Source of the DNA: a virus
Taxonomy: Duplodnaviria; Caudoviricetes
DNA: 64,000 nucleotides
Virus record (IMG/VR): IMGVR_UViG_3300028412_000003
Reading direction: 5' to 3' (one strand)
Both the position numbers and the translations under genes were made by a program. The notes below the pieces were generated by a model. It saw only the letters and a program-made list of their open reading frames with translations. It was not told where the DNA came from and made no database searches. Position 1 is the stretch's first letter; the number at the start of each line of letters is the position of its first letter. Shown here piece by piece: positions 29,746 through 38,637 of the stretch.

Positions 29746-30840
29746 TTATGCTCGATTTGCAGCCGTGATGTACTTACCGTACTTATTGTGAAACTTCTCA
29801 AAGTGCGGTGCTTCATCAACGTCTACTACTAGACCGTATTGAGTCATAGCAATCTTGACTCCCATAACAACCATTTCTGTATCAAAGTTGTCCATGGAAA
29901 ACTTTAGGAAGCGATCAAACTTTTTAGCGAAGACCTTTTCGTCGTCTTTCTCGTTTGAGTCTTTTAGTTCGTAGCAAAGAGCTACTGTTAAGGAGTACAT
30001 AGCACTGACTTCCTTAGTAGAAATCTTCTCTACCTTCCCGCTCAAGATATCAGTTGGGTTAGGAAGTCCTGCGGAATTCCTACGGTGACCCATGAATTTA
30101 ATAGCAAGCCCCTCACCAATTGAACCGCTCACGAGGTCCATAGTTGTCTCTTCGTTGTCGTCGTCGTAAATCAATTCACTAACAAACGACCAAGAACGAG
30201 GAGTTGCAAAAGAACGACCACTGTTAGGACGGAAATCGTTCAACGAAGCCTTGTCAAATGTAATGTAACCAATAACATCTGGATGTTCACCGTTCTTAAC
30301 AGCCCATTCAAACCAATCATCATAAGATGAAATCATCTCAATGTGAACGAATCGATTAGCAAGAGGAGCAGGCATACGGTTAACAACACCGCGATCACCT
30401 TCGCGGTTACCTGCTGCAATAATGTAAACATTATCGGGCAAAGTGTAAGTACCAACCTTTCGATTAAGAATAAGCTGGTAAGCAGCAGCCTGCACAGAAG
30501 GTGCAGCTGAATTCATCTCGTCTAAAAACAAGATGATATTCTTGTGTTGAGAAGCAAGTTCTTGATCTGGAAGTTCAACCGGGGAACCCCATACCATCTT
30601 CTTAATCTCTGGATCAAAATATGGGATACCCTTAATATCAGTTGGTTCCCACAAAGACAACCGAACGTCAATGACATGAGCATTAAGATCGTCACCTAGT
30701 TGATTAACAATGTCAGACTTACCAATACCTGGCTGACCCCACAAGAAGATAGGACGCTTGCGTCGGTGTGCCCGTAGAATTGCTCGCTTGGCACCCTTAG
30801 GGGTAACCTGACGAACGTTAATATCAATATCTGTAGCCAT
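29746..30840 (-). CDS. MoxR-like AAA+ ATPase
   Basis: Walker A GQPGIGKS, Walker B LFLDE, AAGNR, PLANRF, TPRSW. Confidence 0.85.
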   Translation of the reverse strand: MATDIDINVRQVTPKGAKRAILRAHRRKRPIFLWGQPGIGKSDIVNQLGDDLNAHVIDVRLSLWEPTDIKGIPYFDPEIKKMVWGSPVELPDQELASQHKNIILFLDEMNSAAPSVQAAAYQLILNRKVGTYTLPDNVYIIAAGNREGDRGVVNRMPAPLANRFVHIEMISSYDDWFEWAVKNGEHPDVIGYITFDKASLNDFRPNSGRSFATPRSWSFVSELIYDDDNEETTMDLVSGSIGEGLAIKFMGHRRNSAGLPNPTDILSGKVEKISTKEVSAMYSLTVALCYELKDSNEKDDEKVFAKKFDRFLKFSMDNFDTEMVVMGVKIAMTQYGLVVDVDEAPHFEKFHNKYGKYITAANRA

Positions 30841-30885
30841 TTGTGTCTCCTTAAATTTTAAACGTCAGTGCTTAATTGTTTTAAA

Positions 30886-30914
30886 ATTATAACAGCACAT
30901 TCTAAGGTTGTCAA
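30886..30914 (-). promoter_or_regulatory. Perfect-consensus sigma70 promoter
   Basis: TTGACA (30914-30909), 17-nt spacer, TATAAT (30891-30886). Confidence 0.8.
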
Positions 30915-31333
30915 GTGTCTTTATTGATATCTTCGATATCTATGTCTACATTTTCACCTAATGTTTTTTTCATAGCTTTGTTTAGACCGTATTTGAGAAG
31001 GTTTCCTGAAAACATTGTTAATTCTACTGCCTTTCGCTCTCCTGCTACATATATAGATCTCTCATTAACATAATACGGACAATCAATAAATTTATCAAGG
31101 AATATTAAAACTTGAGTAGTCATTTTTAGTTTATCATAAAATGGGATTTCATAAAGTCTTAAATCAAGATCTCTAACCATGTTAAGTCCATCTTCTGTCA
31201 GACGTAATCCACCCATAGTTTCTCGATGACGTGTGTTCTTAAACCACCTATGGTGATGTTCTTTTATAGACGGTTCATTAACTGCTATATTATTGGCTTT
31301 AAGAAAAATCTTCGTATATGTTTCAGAGTTCAT
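30911..31333 (-). CDS. Hypothetical protein
   Basis: ORF with start moved to MNSETY. Confidence 0.55.
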   Translation of the reverse strand: MNSETYTKIFLKANNIAVNEPSIKEHHHRWFKNTRHRETMGGLRLTEDGLNMVRDLDLRLYEIPFYDKLKMTTQVLIFLDKFIDCPYYVNERSIYVAGERKAVELTMFSGNLLKYGLNKAMKKTLGENVDIDIEDINKDT

Positions 31334-31616
31334 CTCGAAGCATGATTCCTTCAACTAGTTGATAGACACTAAACTCTGTTGTTTTAAAAAGATCATTCAT
31401 CTTTTTAGCTAAATTTCTAGCATGTCCTGGATTAGAAAAGGAAACCTTCTTATACTTTGGACCAGGATAACTGGTTAACATATTAGATGATTTTAAATTG
31501 AAAGGTTTTCCTTTATAGTAGACTGCCCATATAGCATCTGCTTCTAATATCTGTTCTACTTTGTATGTTTCTCGGTCAGTGTGTTCTAATAATATTGTAG
31601 GCTTTGGTCTTGACAT
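31323..31616 (-). CDS. Hypothetical protein
   Basis: 97-aa ORF preceded by a GATAAATA box and hairpin. Confidence 0.65.
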   Translation of the reverse strand: MSRPKPTILLEHTDRETYKVEQILEADAIWAVYYKGKPFNLKSSNMLTSYPGPKYKKVSFSNPGHARNLAKKMNDLFKTTEFSVYQLVEGIMLRDEL

Positions 31617-31617
31617 T

Positions 31618-31649
31618 TGCGTAGTCCCCTTTAACTACGCATATTTATC
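31618..31649 (-). promoter_or_regulatory. GATAAATA box followed by an 8-bp leader hairpin holding the RBS
   Basis: TGCGTAGT (31618-31625)/ACTACGCA (31634-31641), sense loop TAAAGGGG; TATTTATC at 31642-31649. Confidence 0.55.
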
Positions 31650-31667
31650 ATTTTTATATTCGTATTT

Positions 31668-31907
31668 TTACCATCCTGTTTTACTTCCTACTTCAACCTT
31701 AATTATTTCAGTTGCAGTTTCATTTGATTCTTTTACAAGTCTCTCTAAGTCACCTTCCATTCGCGACATAACTAGACCAATTGTAAATGCAAGGTCTTTG
31801 GCTTCGTTCATCGAAAGCTTAACTTCCTTTGCATTTGAACGATCAGCCGTTTTAACACGTTGCAGGTATTGTTGTAATGGTAATGTATTAAGTGGTTCTA
31901 TTGGCAT
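31668..31907 (-). CDS. Hypothetical protein
   Basis: 79-aa ORF in the coupled series. Confidence 0.55.
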   Translation of the reverse strand: MPIEPLNTLPLQQYLQRVKTADRSNAKEVKLSMNEAKDLAFTIGLVMSRMEGDLERLVKESNETATEIIKVEVGSKTGW

Positions 31908-32364
31908 TCTTCAACGCTGCTTTCATTTCAATTTCTGTCTTAAAAGGACCTTTGTATTCATATCCTTCAATTGTTGATACTTTTGGACAAAAAGATTTAA
32001 CCCATCCTTTGTCAAAGTTTATTATATAATAACCAGCACAATACAAACTTTTTGATTTTTCACTCTTTGTAAAGAGAGGAAGCTTTCTTTTTATGTCAAA
32101 CATTGCGGTTGCAGACTTTGTACTAATAGGAAATCCATAAATTTCATTTATCTTTATTTCAGTTTTATCTTCAACTTCCGTTGAAGTCCAAACAATTTTT
32201 CCTAAATGTTTCTTTAACTTGCTTTCGTTGTCAAACACAATGGTACCGGTTTGACATTGGTAGACAAACCTATCTTCTTCTTTTGTAATTGTACCTAAGC
32301 TCTTATCGTTTTCGTTAACGATCCAAAATTTGCCTTTAAGCAGAGATTTTGCATTTATTGTCAT
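31888..32364 (-). CDS. Hypothetical protein
   Basis: 158-aa ORF. Confidence 0.55.
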   Translation of the reverse strand: MTINAKSLLKGKFWIVNENDKSLGTITKEEDRFVYQCQTGTIVFDNESKLKKHLGKIVWTSTEVEDKTEIKINEIYGFPISTKSATAMFDIKRKLPLFTKSEKSKSLYCAGYYIINFDKGWVKSFCPKVSTIEGYEYKGPFKTEIEMKAALKNANRTT

Positions 32365-33346
32365 TTAAATACCTCGAACTATATTGTTCATTATATGTAA
32401 GGATGTTATCACTAACGCGACGAAGATCCCATTTGGCACAAAATTTTGCCAATAATATACCAACTTGACTAACATCCTTTGGATTATTAGTAGATTCGCT
32501 GATAGTTTCGTTTATCATTTCTTGTACATGATCCGGTTGTGCAGTAAGATCACAAAGTTCAACGTTTCTTTTATAATCGTCTATAACTCTATGTTCTACA
32601 TCGTTATGATCAGTCCAGCGTTGCAACATGAAATTGTTCCAGTTATATCCTTTTGTATTTTTGTCTTCAAAAGCTTCTAACATTCCAACCTTTTTTGCAG
32701 TACCCTTTTTTCGTGCGCCGGGATAAGCAGGGAACACATTATCACTCTTGTCGCCACGTATGCACTTTTCAAATAACAACCAGTTAGGATTAGGTGCAGG
32801 CTTTTCTTTTTTAGTTTTTTTATCGATTATAGGCTTGCCTTTATCGTCAAAATATCCTTCGTGTGTAATGGTAGTATTCGTAACACCATTGTATTGTGAT
32901 ACAGTAGGGGATATCAATTGAGCAAAATCACCATCGGTAGAAAGTACAACATGGTTATCATCAGGATGAGCACGAATCCATCCTGCAATAAGATCATCAG
33001 CTTCTAAATTAGGATGTCTCAAAACAGTACAGTTTGTCTTTTCGTTTATAAAATCTTTAAACTCATCAAACACTTCCCAGAAGAGTTTTTCTTCTTCTTG
33101 TTCCTTTGCAGACATAGCTGCTCTATCTTCTGATCTATTCTTTTTATAAGGTTCGTAATAATCCTTTCGCCAAGATCGACCTTCTAAACAAAAGACCACA
33201 TGTTTCCCATCAAAATCCTTCCATGCTTTTCTTATAGCATTGAGGGTAATATGAAAACACATACCTATTTTTGTATCTAAATCACCCCTAACAACATGTC
33301 GAGCGCGAAAGAATAAGTTGGCGGTATCTACTATAATATAAGTCAT
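32336..33346 (-). CDS. rnh: T4 RNase H-like / 5'-3' exonuclease (PIN/FEN fold)
   Basis: IIVDTAN, LEADDLIA, LSTDGDFAQL, IRGDKSDNV acidic motifs. Confidence 0.85.
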   Translation of the reverse strand: MTYIIVDTANLFFRARHVVRGDLDTKIGMCFHITLNAIRKAWKDFDGKHVVFCLEGRSWRKDYYEPYKKNRSEDRAAMSAKEQEEEKLFWEVFDEFKDFINEKTNCTVLRHPNLEADDLIAGWIRAHPDDNHVVLSTDGDFAQLISPTVSQYNGVTNTTITHEGYFDDKGKPIIDKKTKKEKPAPNPNWLLFEKCIRGDKSDNVFPAYPGARKKGTAKKVGMLEAFEDKNTKGYNWNNFMLQRWTDHNDVEHRVIDDYKRNVELCDLTAQPDHVQEMINETISESTNNPKDVSQVGILLAKFCAKWDLRRVSDNILTYNEQYSSRYLNDNKCKISA

Positions 33347-33723
33347 GAAATTTCGCTTCTGCCTTTTCTACTACTTGGTACTATTTTAATATATCCTGCA
33401 TCTCTCGGAGTATCGTTGAGACCTTCTTCTTCTAACATTTGAGTTATCAATGTAACAAACCAAGCGTTGATGATTTCTTCATTTGATTCTCCGTTATAAC
33501 CGGCATCTACCAATTGCTCAATAAATTCGTTATTCCAGTCAAGTTCAAAAAATCCATTCTTAATGTCGTGTGGATTTACGTGCGTGTCTAAAACAGCTAC
33601 CCAAGCTTCGCCTTTTTTTGTAGCGGTTTCTTTTTCTTTAGCTAAAGCTTCTCGCCTTATATCTTCCTCTGTCTTTATACCTTTGACTTCTTCACTGCCA
33701 AAGATTTTGCGTAACCATTTCAT
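33343..33723 (-). CDS. Hypothetical protein
   Basis: 126-aa ORF, ATGA overlap. Confidence 0.55.
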   Translation of the reverse strand: MKWLRKIFGSEEVKGIKTEEDIRREALAKEKETATKKGEAWVAVLDTHVNPHDIKNGFFELDWNNEFIEQLVDAGYNGESNEEIINAWFVTLITQMLEEEGLNDTPRDAGYIKIVPSSRKGRSEIS

Positions 33724-33887
33724 AATTTATCCTTGTATGTATTTTCTAATCCTGTTACAATTTCTTCGAGAGGATTAACAATTTTTTGTTCAATCTGTTG
33801 TAACTCTTCTTTTGTAAATTTCTTAGTTTTAATCTCTTCCATTATATGAACAAGTTTGTTAACTAAGTCTTGTGTTGATATTTTCAT
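33720..33887 (-). CDS. Small hypothetical protein (55 aa, not in the ORF track)
   Basis: MKISTQDLVNKLVHIMEEIK...TYKDKL; GGAAAG upstream; its stop overlaps the next ATG (ATGA). Confidence 0.5.
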   Translation of the reverse strand: MKISTQDLVNKLVHIMEEIKTKKFTKEELQQIEQKIVNPLEEIVTGLENTYKDKL

Positions 33888-33932
33888 TTACTTTCCTATT
33901 GCTTTGAATACATAAATGCTTTGATACTGGCA

Positions 33933-34802
33933 TCATGTTCCCCATGCGTTTCCGAAGACTTCGACATGGAGCCTTGGGGTATATCTCCAACCTTCTTGCA
34001 TCGCAATTTCAACGATTCTATCTTTATTGAGATAATATTCTTCACTTCTTCCACCCAGCGGCATAAGGTAGACAGGACAATTAATACCGGCTTTGCGGTA
34101 AGCATCAACAGCACGACGAACATCTTCCACATCATCGTCATTAGCGACAACAAACTTAAAATACATGTCGCTATTAGGAACATCAAAGTATTGACGAGCA
34201 ATATCAGGCTGTATTGCAGCATTCCAAGATTCGCCGCTAACTGTGAGCTTAGGCGAACATGAGAACGTAATTCGTATGTGGTCTTGATATCCGAAGAACT
34301 CTTTAAGATTTGATTGAAGATGTTGTGTAGTGTTAGTCTCGAAAGTAACATTTTTTAGATCCTTCATGTTAGGATGGTTAAACAACTCAACATACAATTT
34401 TTGCCAACCAAGCAAAGGTTCACCGCCTGTTAAAATAAAATGTATATCTTGTCCATTATCTAAAGACCATTTGCCGGTTGGAGTTAATTTCAATAAATTA
34501 TCAACTACGTCGTTTACTGTTTCATTTTTCATAAAACGTTTAAATTCAGGATAGATACTAGCATAAGTGTCACATCCTGTGTGTATAATCGGAAGGTCTT
34601 CAAATTTTTCATATTGGTCAATACCATTCTCTAGAAGTTGTTCTACTTCTGGATTATATTTTCCAACTTCTTGATCTTTAGGAAGACCAAATTTCTTGCA
34701 TCGAAAATTGCAACCAAAAGTTCGAAGAAATACACTAGGCACTCCAACAAACTTACCTTCACCTTGTATAGAATAAAATGCTTCGCTATATCTTAATTTC
34801 AT
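33933..34802 (-). CDS. queE: 7-carboxy-7-deazaguanine synthase QueE (radical SAM)
   Basis: YSEAFYSIQGEG..GVPSVFLRTFGCNFRC, CDT, LTGGEPL, FETN, SPKL, PRLH; adjacent to folE; start at 34802 by ATGA overlap. Confidence 0.85.
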   Translation of the reverse strand: MKLRYSEAFYSIQGEGKFVGVPSVFLRTFGCNFRCKKFGLPKDQEVGKYNPEVEQLLENGIDQYEKFEDLPIIHTGCDTYASIYPEFKRFMKNETVNDVVDNLLKLTPTGKWSLDNGQDIHFILTGGEPLLGWQKLYVELFNHPNMKDLKNVTFETNTTQHLQSNLKEFFGYQDHIRITFSCSPKLTVSGESWNAAIQPDIARQYFDVPNSDMYFKFVVANDDDVEDVRRAVDAYRKAGINCPVYLMPLGGRSEEYYLNKDRIVEIAMQEGWRYTPRLHVEVFGNAWGT

Positions 34803-35485
34803 CTTGGTGCCCACTGTTGTTGTAGTTTGATGTTATCAAAGAATTCTTGCTTTGTGGCAGGATCATGTTTAAATGCACCTTTTAGCACAGTAGTCTGTGT
34901 CAAACTAGAATGTGCCATTATGCCTCTGTTTTCGCAACATCCGTGAGTTGCTTGTATGTAAACTCCGACATCATTGCTGCCTGTTGCAGAAATTATTTCT
35001 TTTGCAATATCATTACATAATTCTTCTTGTAATGTACCACGTCTTGCACACCATTGTGCAATTCTTGTATATTTGCTGAGTCCTATCAATGTTTCTGCAG
35101 CAATAATTCCAATGTAAGCAACACCTGTAACAGGTTGATGGTGATGCGAGCAAACTGATTTAATTTCACTTCGCACCACCAACATTCCTGTATAACCATC
35201 TTCGACTTCGTTTGGGAACGAAGTTGCATCTGGCATTGGATAATATCTTCCACGCATTAATTCGTGTATATACATTTTCGCTAGTCTTCTACCTGTGTCC
35301 TTGCTATTAGGATCATTTAATCGATCTATAACAAGCGAGTCAAGCACTGCTTCAAATTTTTCTGTGAGCTCGTCAGTTAATTCTTCTAGCTCACCTTCTT
35401 GAATATGTTGGCTGATATTATCTCCAGCCCAATATGTATTACCTTCTTTTAAAATTCTATTCTTAATAATATTAGAGATAGTCAA
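34799..35485 (-). CDS. folE: GTP cyclohydrolase I
   Basis: SVCSHHHQP, GLSKYTRIA, LQEEL, HGCCENRG; TTG start. Confidence 0.92.
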   Translation of the reverse strand: MTISNIIKNRILKEGNTYWAGDNISQHIQEGELEELTDELTEKFEAVLDSLVIDRLNDPNSKDTGRRLAKMYIHELMRGRYYPMPDATSFPNEVEDGYTGMLVVRSEIKSVCSHHHQPVTGVAYIGIIAAETLIGLSKYTRIAQWCARRGTLQEELCNDIAKEIISATGSNDVGVYIQATHGCCENRGIMAHSSLTQTTVLKGAFKHDPATKQEFFDNIKLQQQWAPR

Positions 35486-35537
35486 TAAATTTCCTTTCCG
35501 AGTTATTAAAGACGAGGATGTCTTGTAAGTATATTTT

Positions 35538-35565
35538 ATTATACACTTTATTTAGGTTTTGTCAA
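35538..35565 (-). promoter_or_regulatory. Sigma70-type promoter for folE-queE
   Basis: TTGACA-16-TATAAT on the - strand. Confidence 0.65.
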
Positions 35566-35568
35566 GAA

Positions 35569-35820
35569 TTAACCGTCAAACCTACTATCTTTTACTTGTT
35601 GTTCAGCCCATGCCTTTTCTTCGGGAGCAACAGTGTTAAATTCAATTACCCGAAATCTTTTCCAAATAGCACCTGCTTCTTTTGCTTCCTGTTCGGAATT
35701 GTAAGTAACAACAATTCTATCACCTACAATACCATTTGGATGTTCGGTTGTTACATAAATCCAATCATCATGGCCTTCTTCATCCTTACTAAACGGTATT
35801 TGTATTGAATATACTTTCAT
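35569..35820 (-). CDS. Hypothetical protein
   Basis: 83-aa ORF. Confidence 0.5.
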   Translation of the reverse strand: MKVYSIQIPFSKDEEGHDDWIYVTTEHPNGIVGDRIVVTYNSEQEAKEAGAIWKRFRVIEFNTVAPEEKAWAEQQVKDSRFDG

Positions 35821-36317
35821 TATTCAGACTCCCAAGGATAAACTAACCAAACGTTTTCTTCGTTCTTATCAATCTCTTCAAATACATAATTAACAGAACC
35901 AAATCCACTTGATATGTTATCGGTCATTACTGCAAAACGAACGTTTCCACCCCATATAGTTCCATCGGTCCATTTACCGTCAAGTGGACAACACGAAGAA
36001 TTCCAATCTTTTTGTATCCATTCAAAAGTAGCACCTTTATCGTTTATGTCATCTACTATAAGTATTTTTTTTCCATTAAACGCATCTTCTGCCATCCAAA
36101 GATTTGATTCAACGTCGTCTGGATTACTTCTAAGGCTAACATTAAGAGTGTGACACGGAATTTGGATAATATGAGACAACATAACTGCGAGTGTAAGTCC
36201 ACCCCTTGTTATACCAACAATATAATCAGGTTTCCATTCATCTCGTAACATTTGTTTGAGAAAAGTGTTACAAGCATCGTCAACGTCGTTCCAGTCATAA
36301 TATTGTTTATTTTTCAC
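35820..36317 (-). CDS. Purine phosphoribosyltransferase (Gpt/Hpt-like type I PRTase)
   Basis: IVGITRGGL, PRPP-binding ILIVDDINDKGAT, C-terminal WLVYPWE; probable GTG start at 36317. Confidence 0.8.
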   Translation of the reverse strand: MKNKQYYDWNDVDDACNTFLKQMLRDEWKPDYIVGITRGGLTLAVMLSHIIQIPCHTLNVSLRSNPDDVESNLWMAEDAFNGKKILIVDDINDKGATFEWIQKDWNSSCCPLDGKWTDGTIWGGNVRFAVMTDNISSGFGSVNYVFEEIDKNEENVWLVYPWESE

Positions 36318-36636
36318 CTTTGATAATCTCCAATGTTTCGTATTTGTTTTTAATTTCAACATACCGAGTACCTGCTCTTTTAAGTTCGGGGTACTTTTCT
36401 TCCATTACAAGATCTCTTTCAACTATTAATAGTCGTTCTTGCAAATTGCGTATAGCTTCATCTACGTTTTCTATATTTGCTGTAGATAGATATGATGAAA
36501 AGAGTACATCAGCGTCTATTCTATCACATCTTATATTACCATTAATTCTCACTTCTGGAATAGAATCAAAGTTATTACGAATAGTATCAGATATTTTTGT
36601 TCCCGAACTTGCTATTGGATTAATTGTTAATCCCAT
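36307..36636 (-). CDS. Hypothetical protein
   Basis: 109-aa ORF. Confidence 0.5.
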   Translation of the reverse strand: MGLTINPIASSGTKISDTIRNNFDSIPEVRINGNIRCDRIDADVLFSSYLSTANIENVDEAIRNLQERLLIVERDLVMEEKYPELKRAGTRYVEIKNKYETLEIIKGEK

Positions 36637-36950
36637 TATATTTCACCTCTGTCTTTTCTTCCATCGTAATCATCTTTTGACATCATATACAATAATTTAA
36701 ATTTTTCATATTGAGAAGCTAATGGAGGATAATGTTCACACATTTCTTTTATCTTTTCGAGTGGAGGCATATAATTTTCAAAATCTATTTCCTTTTCATC
36801 TATACCTGTTTTTATAGTATAAATGATATCAGATGTGTTTATTTTATTGATCGTCATACTAGGCTGATAGTACATATTAAAATCGGTATAATAATTTAAA
36901 TCTGTACTTATATTGAAAACCGTGTCATAGTTCTTATCGCTCGAATTCAT
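36636..36950 (-). CDS. Hypothetical protein
   Basis: 104-aa ORF. Confidence 0.5.
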   Translation of the reverse strand: MNSSDKNYDTVFNISTDLNYYTDFNMYYQPSMTINKINTSDIIYTIKTGIDEKEIDFENYMPPLEKIKEMCEHYPPLASQYEKFKLLYMMSKDDYDGRKDRGEI

Positions 36951-38028
36951 TTATTACCTCGTAAATTCTATCTCCATTAAAGAATTCTTGCTCTAACATC
37001 CTACATTGAATTGCAATTTTAGGAATGTATGTAGAATAATTCTCTATATATTCTTTAATTTGATTTTTAATCAGTTCTTGATTTTCTATATAATTGTCAA
37101 AACTAGAAGTCCAATTAGAAGGATATTTAAAATCATATATTGCCATTTCAGTGTATGAAAGACGATTTGGTACCATTGGAATACAATTAACTTGAAGTCC
37201 TTCATACCAACTTATGCCTAGTGTTTCTTGTAGGTTAGCAGAAAAAACTATTTTAGCTCTTCCTAAGAGATTATAATATTCGTTCTTTGTAAGAGTTTGA
37301 TCTTGACAAACAATAAACTCATATTCTGGCATATGCTGTTTGAGATCACGAAAGATCTCAACTTGTTTTTCGGGTGCAATGCGATGGGGGAAAAGAATTA
37401 AATTTTCTTTTGGCATTCCTTTATATTGTGTTAATGATCCTGATAGATATTCCATCGGCCATCCTGCACGAACAATAGTGTCATTTGCTAATTTAGGATC
37501 AGTTATATCCCATCCTTTACCATTATCCCATCCAAATATTCCATTAGAAAACATTTGGATATGGTAATCGGTTGCAAAGAAGTTATGATCGTAACTGCTG
37601 AACATTGAATGTTCAGCAGAACGAATCCAGGGTTGGTCACCAATTAATCGACCAAGGAAATCTTGTGGATCATAACTTCCTGCATGCCACATCCCACCAA
37701 TTTTAATGTGTATTCCTAGCAAGGAAGCCATATACTTTAATTGTATAACGGTTGGATTCCATGCATCAGTGTACAAGAAATAATCATTATTCTTTATTTG
37801 ACCATTACAAAACAATTCACCAATTTGCATTAACTGATTGCTTTTGTAGATATTAGTTCCGCCAAAGTTTAAAAAGGCACCTGGCGTTGTAGATTGAGGA
37901 ACATCTCCTCCAGAGATTACAACTACTTCTTCAGTTGTTCTCTTTTGTATTTGCTTTGGAAGATACTCTTTCCATTGTTTAGTATAGCGATTATCAACCG
38001 CCTCAATATCTACAATATAAATGGTCAT
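36934..38028 (-). CDS. GT-B fold glycosyltransferase (GT4-like)
   Basis: FPHRIAPEKQ (R..K donor site) and ETLGISWYE (EX7E). Confidence 0.75.
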   Translation of the reverse strand: MTIYIVDIEAVDNRYTKQWKEYLPKQIQKRTTEEVVVISGGDVPQSTTPGAFLNFGGTNIYKSNQLMQIGELFCNGQIKNNDYFLYTDAWNPTVIQLKYMASLLGIHIKIGGMWHAGSYDPQDFLGRLIGDQPWIRSAEHSMFSSYDHNFFATDYHIQMFSNGIFGWDNGKGWDITDPKLANDTIVRAGWPMEYLSGSLTQYKGMPKENLILFPHRIAPEKQVEIFRDLKQHMPEYEFIVCQDQTLTKNEYYNLLGRAKIVFSANLQETLGISWYEGLQVNCIPMVPNRLSYTEMAIYDFKYPSNWTSSFDNYIENQELIKNQIKEYIENYSTYIPKIAIQCRMLEQEFFNGDRIYEVINEFER

Positions 38029-38213
38029 CTCTTGTACCTATTATCTCTTGTTTGCCGTGGTCTACCTTTGCTTCTAGTATAAACCTGGTATGCTCTCCAA
38101 CTATCACTAGAATTCTTATAAAGATCTGCCTCATTAAAAACCTTGCCATTAAAACGACAATAATCTCGGAATTGATCTAAATCATCAAATATCCGTTCGA
38201 GTTCAATTTTCAT
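38025..38213 (-). CDS. Small hypothetical protein
   Basis: MKIELERIFDDLDQFRDYCRF; start moved to 38213. Confidence 0.5.
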   Translation of the reverse strand: MKIELERIFDDLDQFRDYCRFNGKVFNEADLYKNSSDSWRAYQVYTRSKGRPRQTRDNRYKR

Positions 38214-38637
38214 TCTCATCCTTTCTTGGATAAAATAGTGTGGCACCATTTTCGCCGTCTTCTGCTACTTCTATTTCTACAAAGCGACCGGGGTACCTTT
38301 TATTAATTTGCTTATATAAATCATCTGCTATCATTTCGCAAGACCTATGATTTAATTCAAGTTTTTCTTGATATAATGATTCTAACCAACGCTTAAATTG
38401 TATAAATTCAATATCTCTATCGTTGTGAAACACTTCAATTCGAACACGAAAATGAAATAAATGTCTATGTTCGTATCCTAAGAAACTAACATCATATTCA
38501 TCTCCGGTCGCAAGAGCAGCATTAGTGTCTGCTCCGGGATAAAAATGTATTCCTTCTTTCCTAAAAGTAATCCAAATACTTCTTATTGGATCTAAGTTAT
38601 TCTTTTCTGGTTCTTTATTAAACCAATAATTCTTCAT
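38203..38637 (-). CDS. dpdL: QueD-paralog T-fold protein (DpdL-like, putative CDG decarboxylase)
   Basis: FLGYEHRHLF fits the LxxxHRHxF signature I recall for DpdL; RDIEFIQFK, SCEMIA; lies in a deazaguanine locus. The symbol is tentative. Confidence 0.6.
   Translation of the reverse strand: MKNYWFNKEPEKNNLDPIRSIWITFRKEGIHFYPGADTNAALATGDEYDVSFLGYEHRHLFHFRVRIEVFHNDRDIEFIQFKRWLESLYQEKLELNHRSCEMIADDLYKQINKRYPGRFVEIEVAEDGENGATLFYPRKDENEN

Noticed and set aside
35500-35507. AATAACTC in the folE leader equals the T4 gene 43 operator loop
   Set aside because: It is not in a hairpin loop here, and an 8-mer match in AT-rich DNA is likely chance
38203-38637. Calling this gene canonical queD
   Set aside because: It lacks the usual QueD C..LHGH pattern and has LxxxHRHxF instead; it is kept as a QueD paralog, though QueD-like activity cannot be excluded
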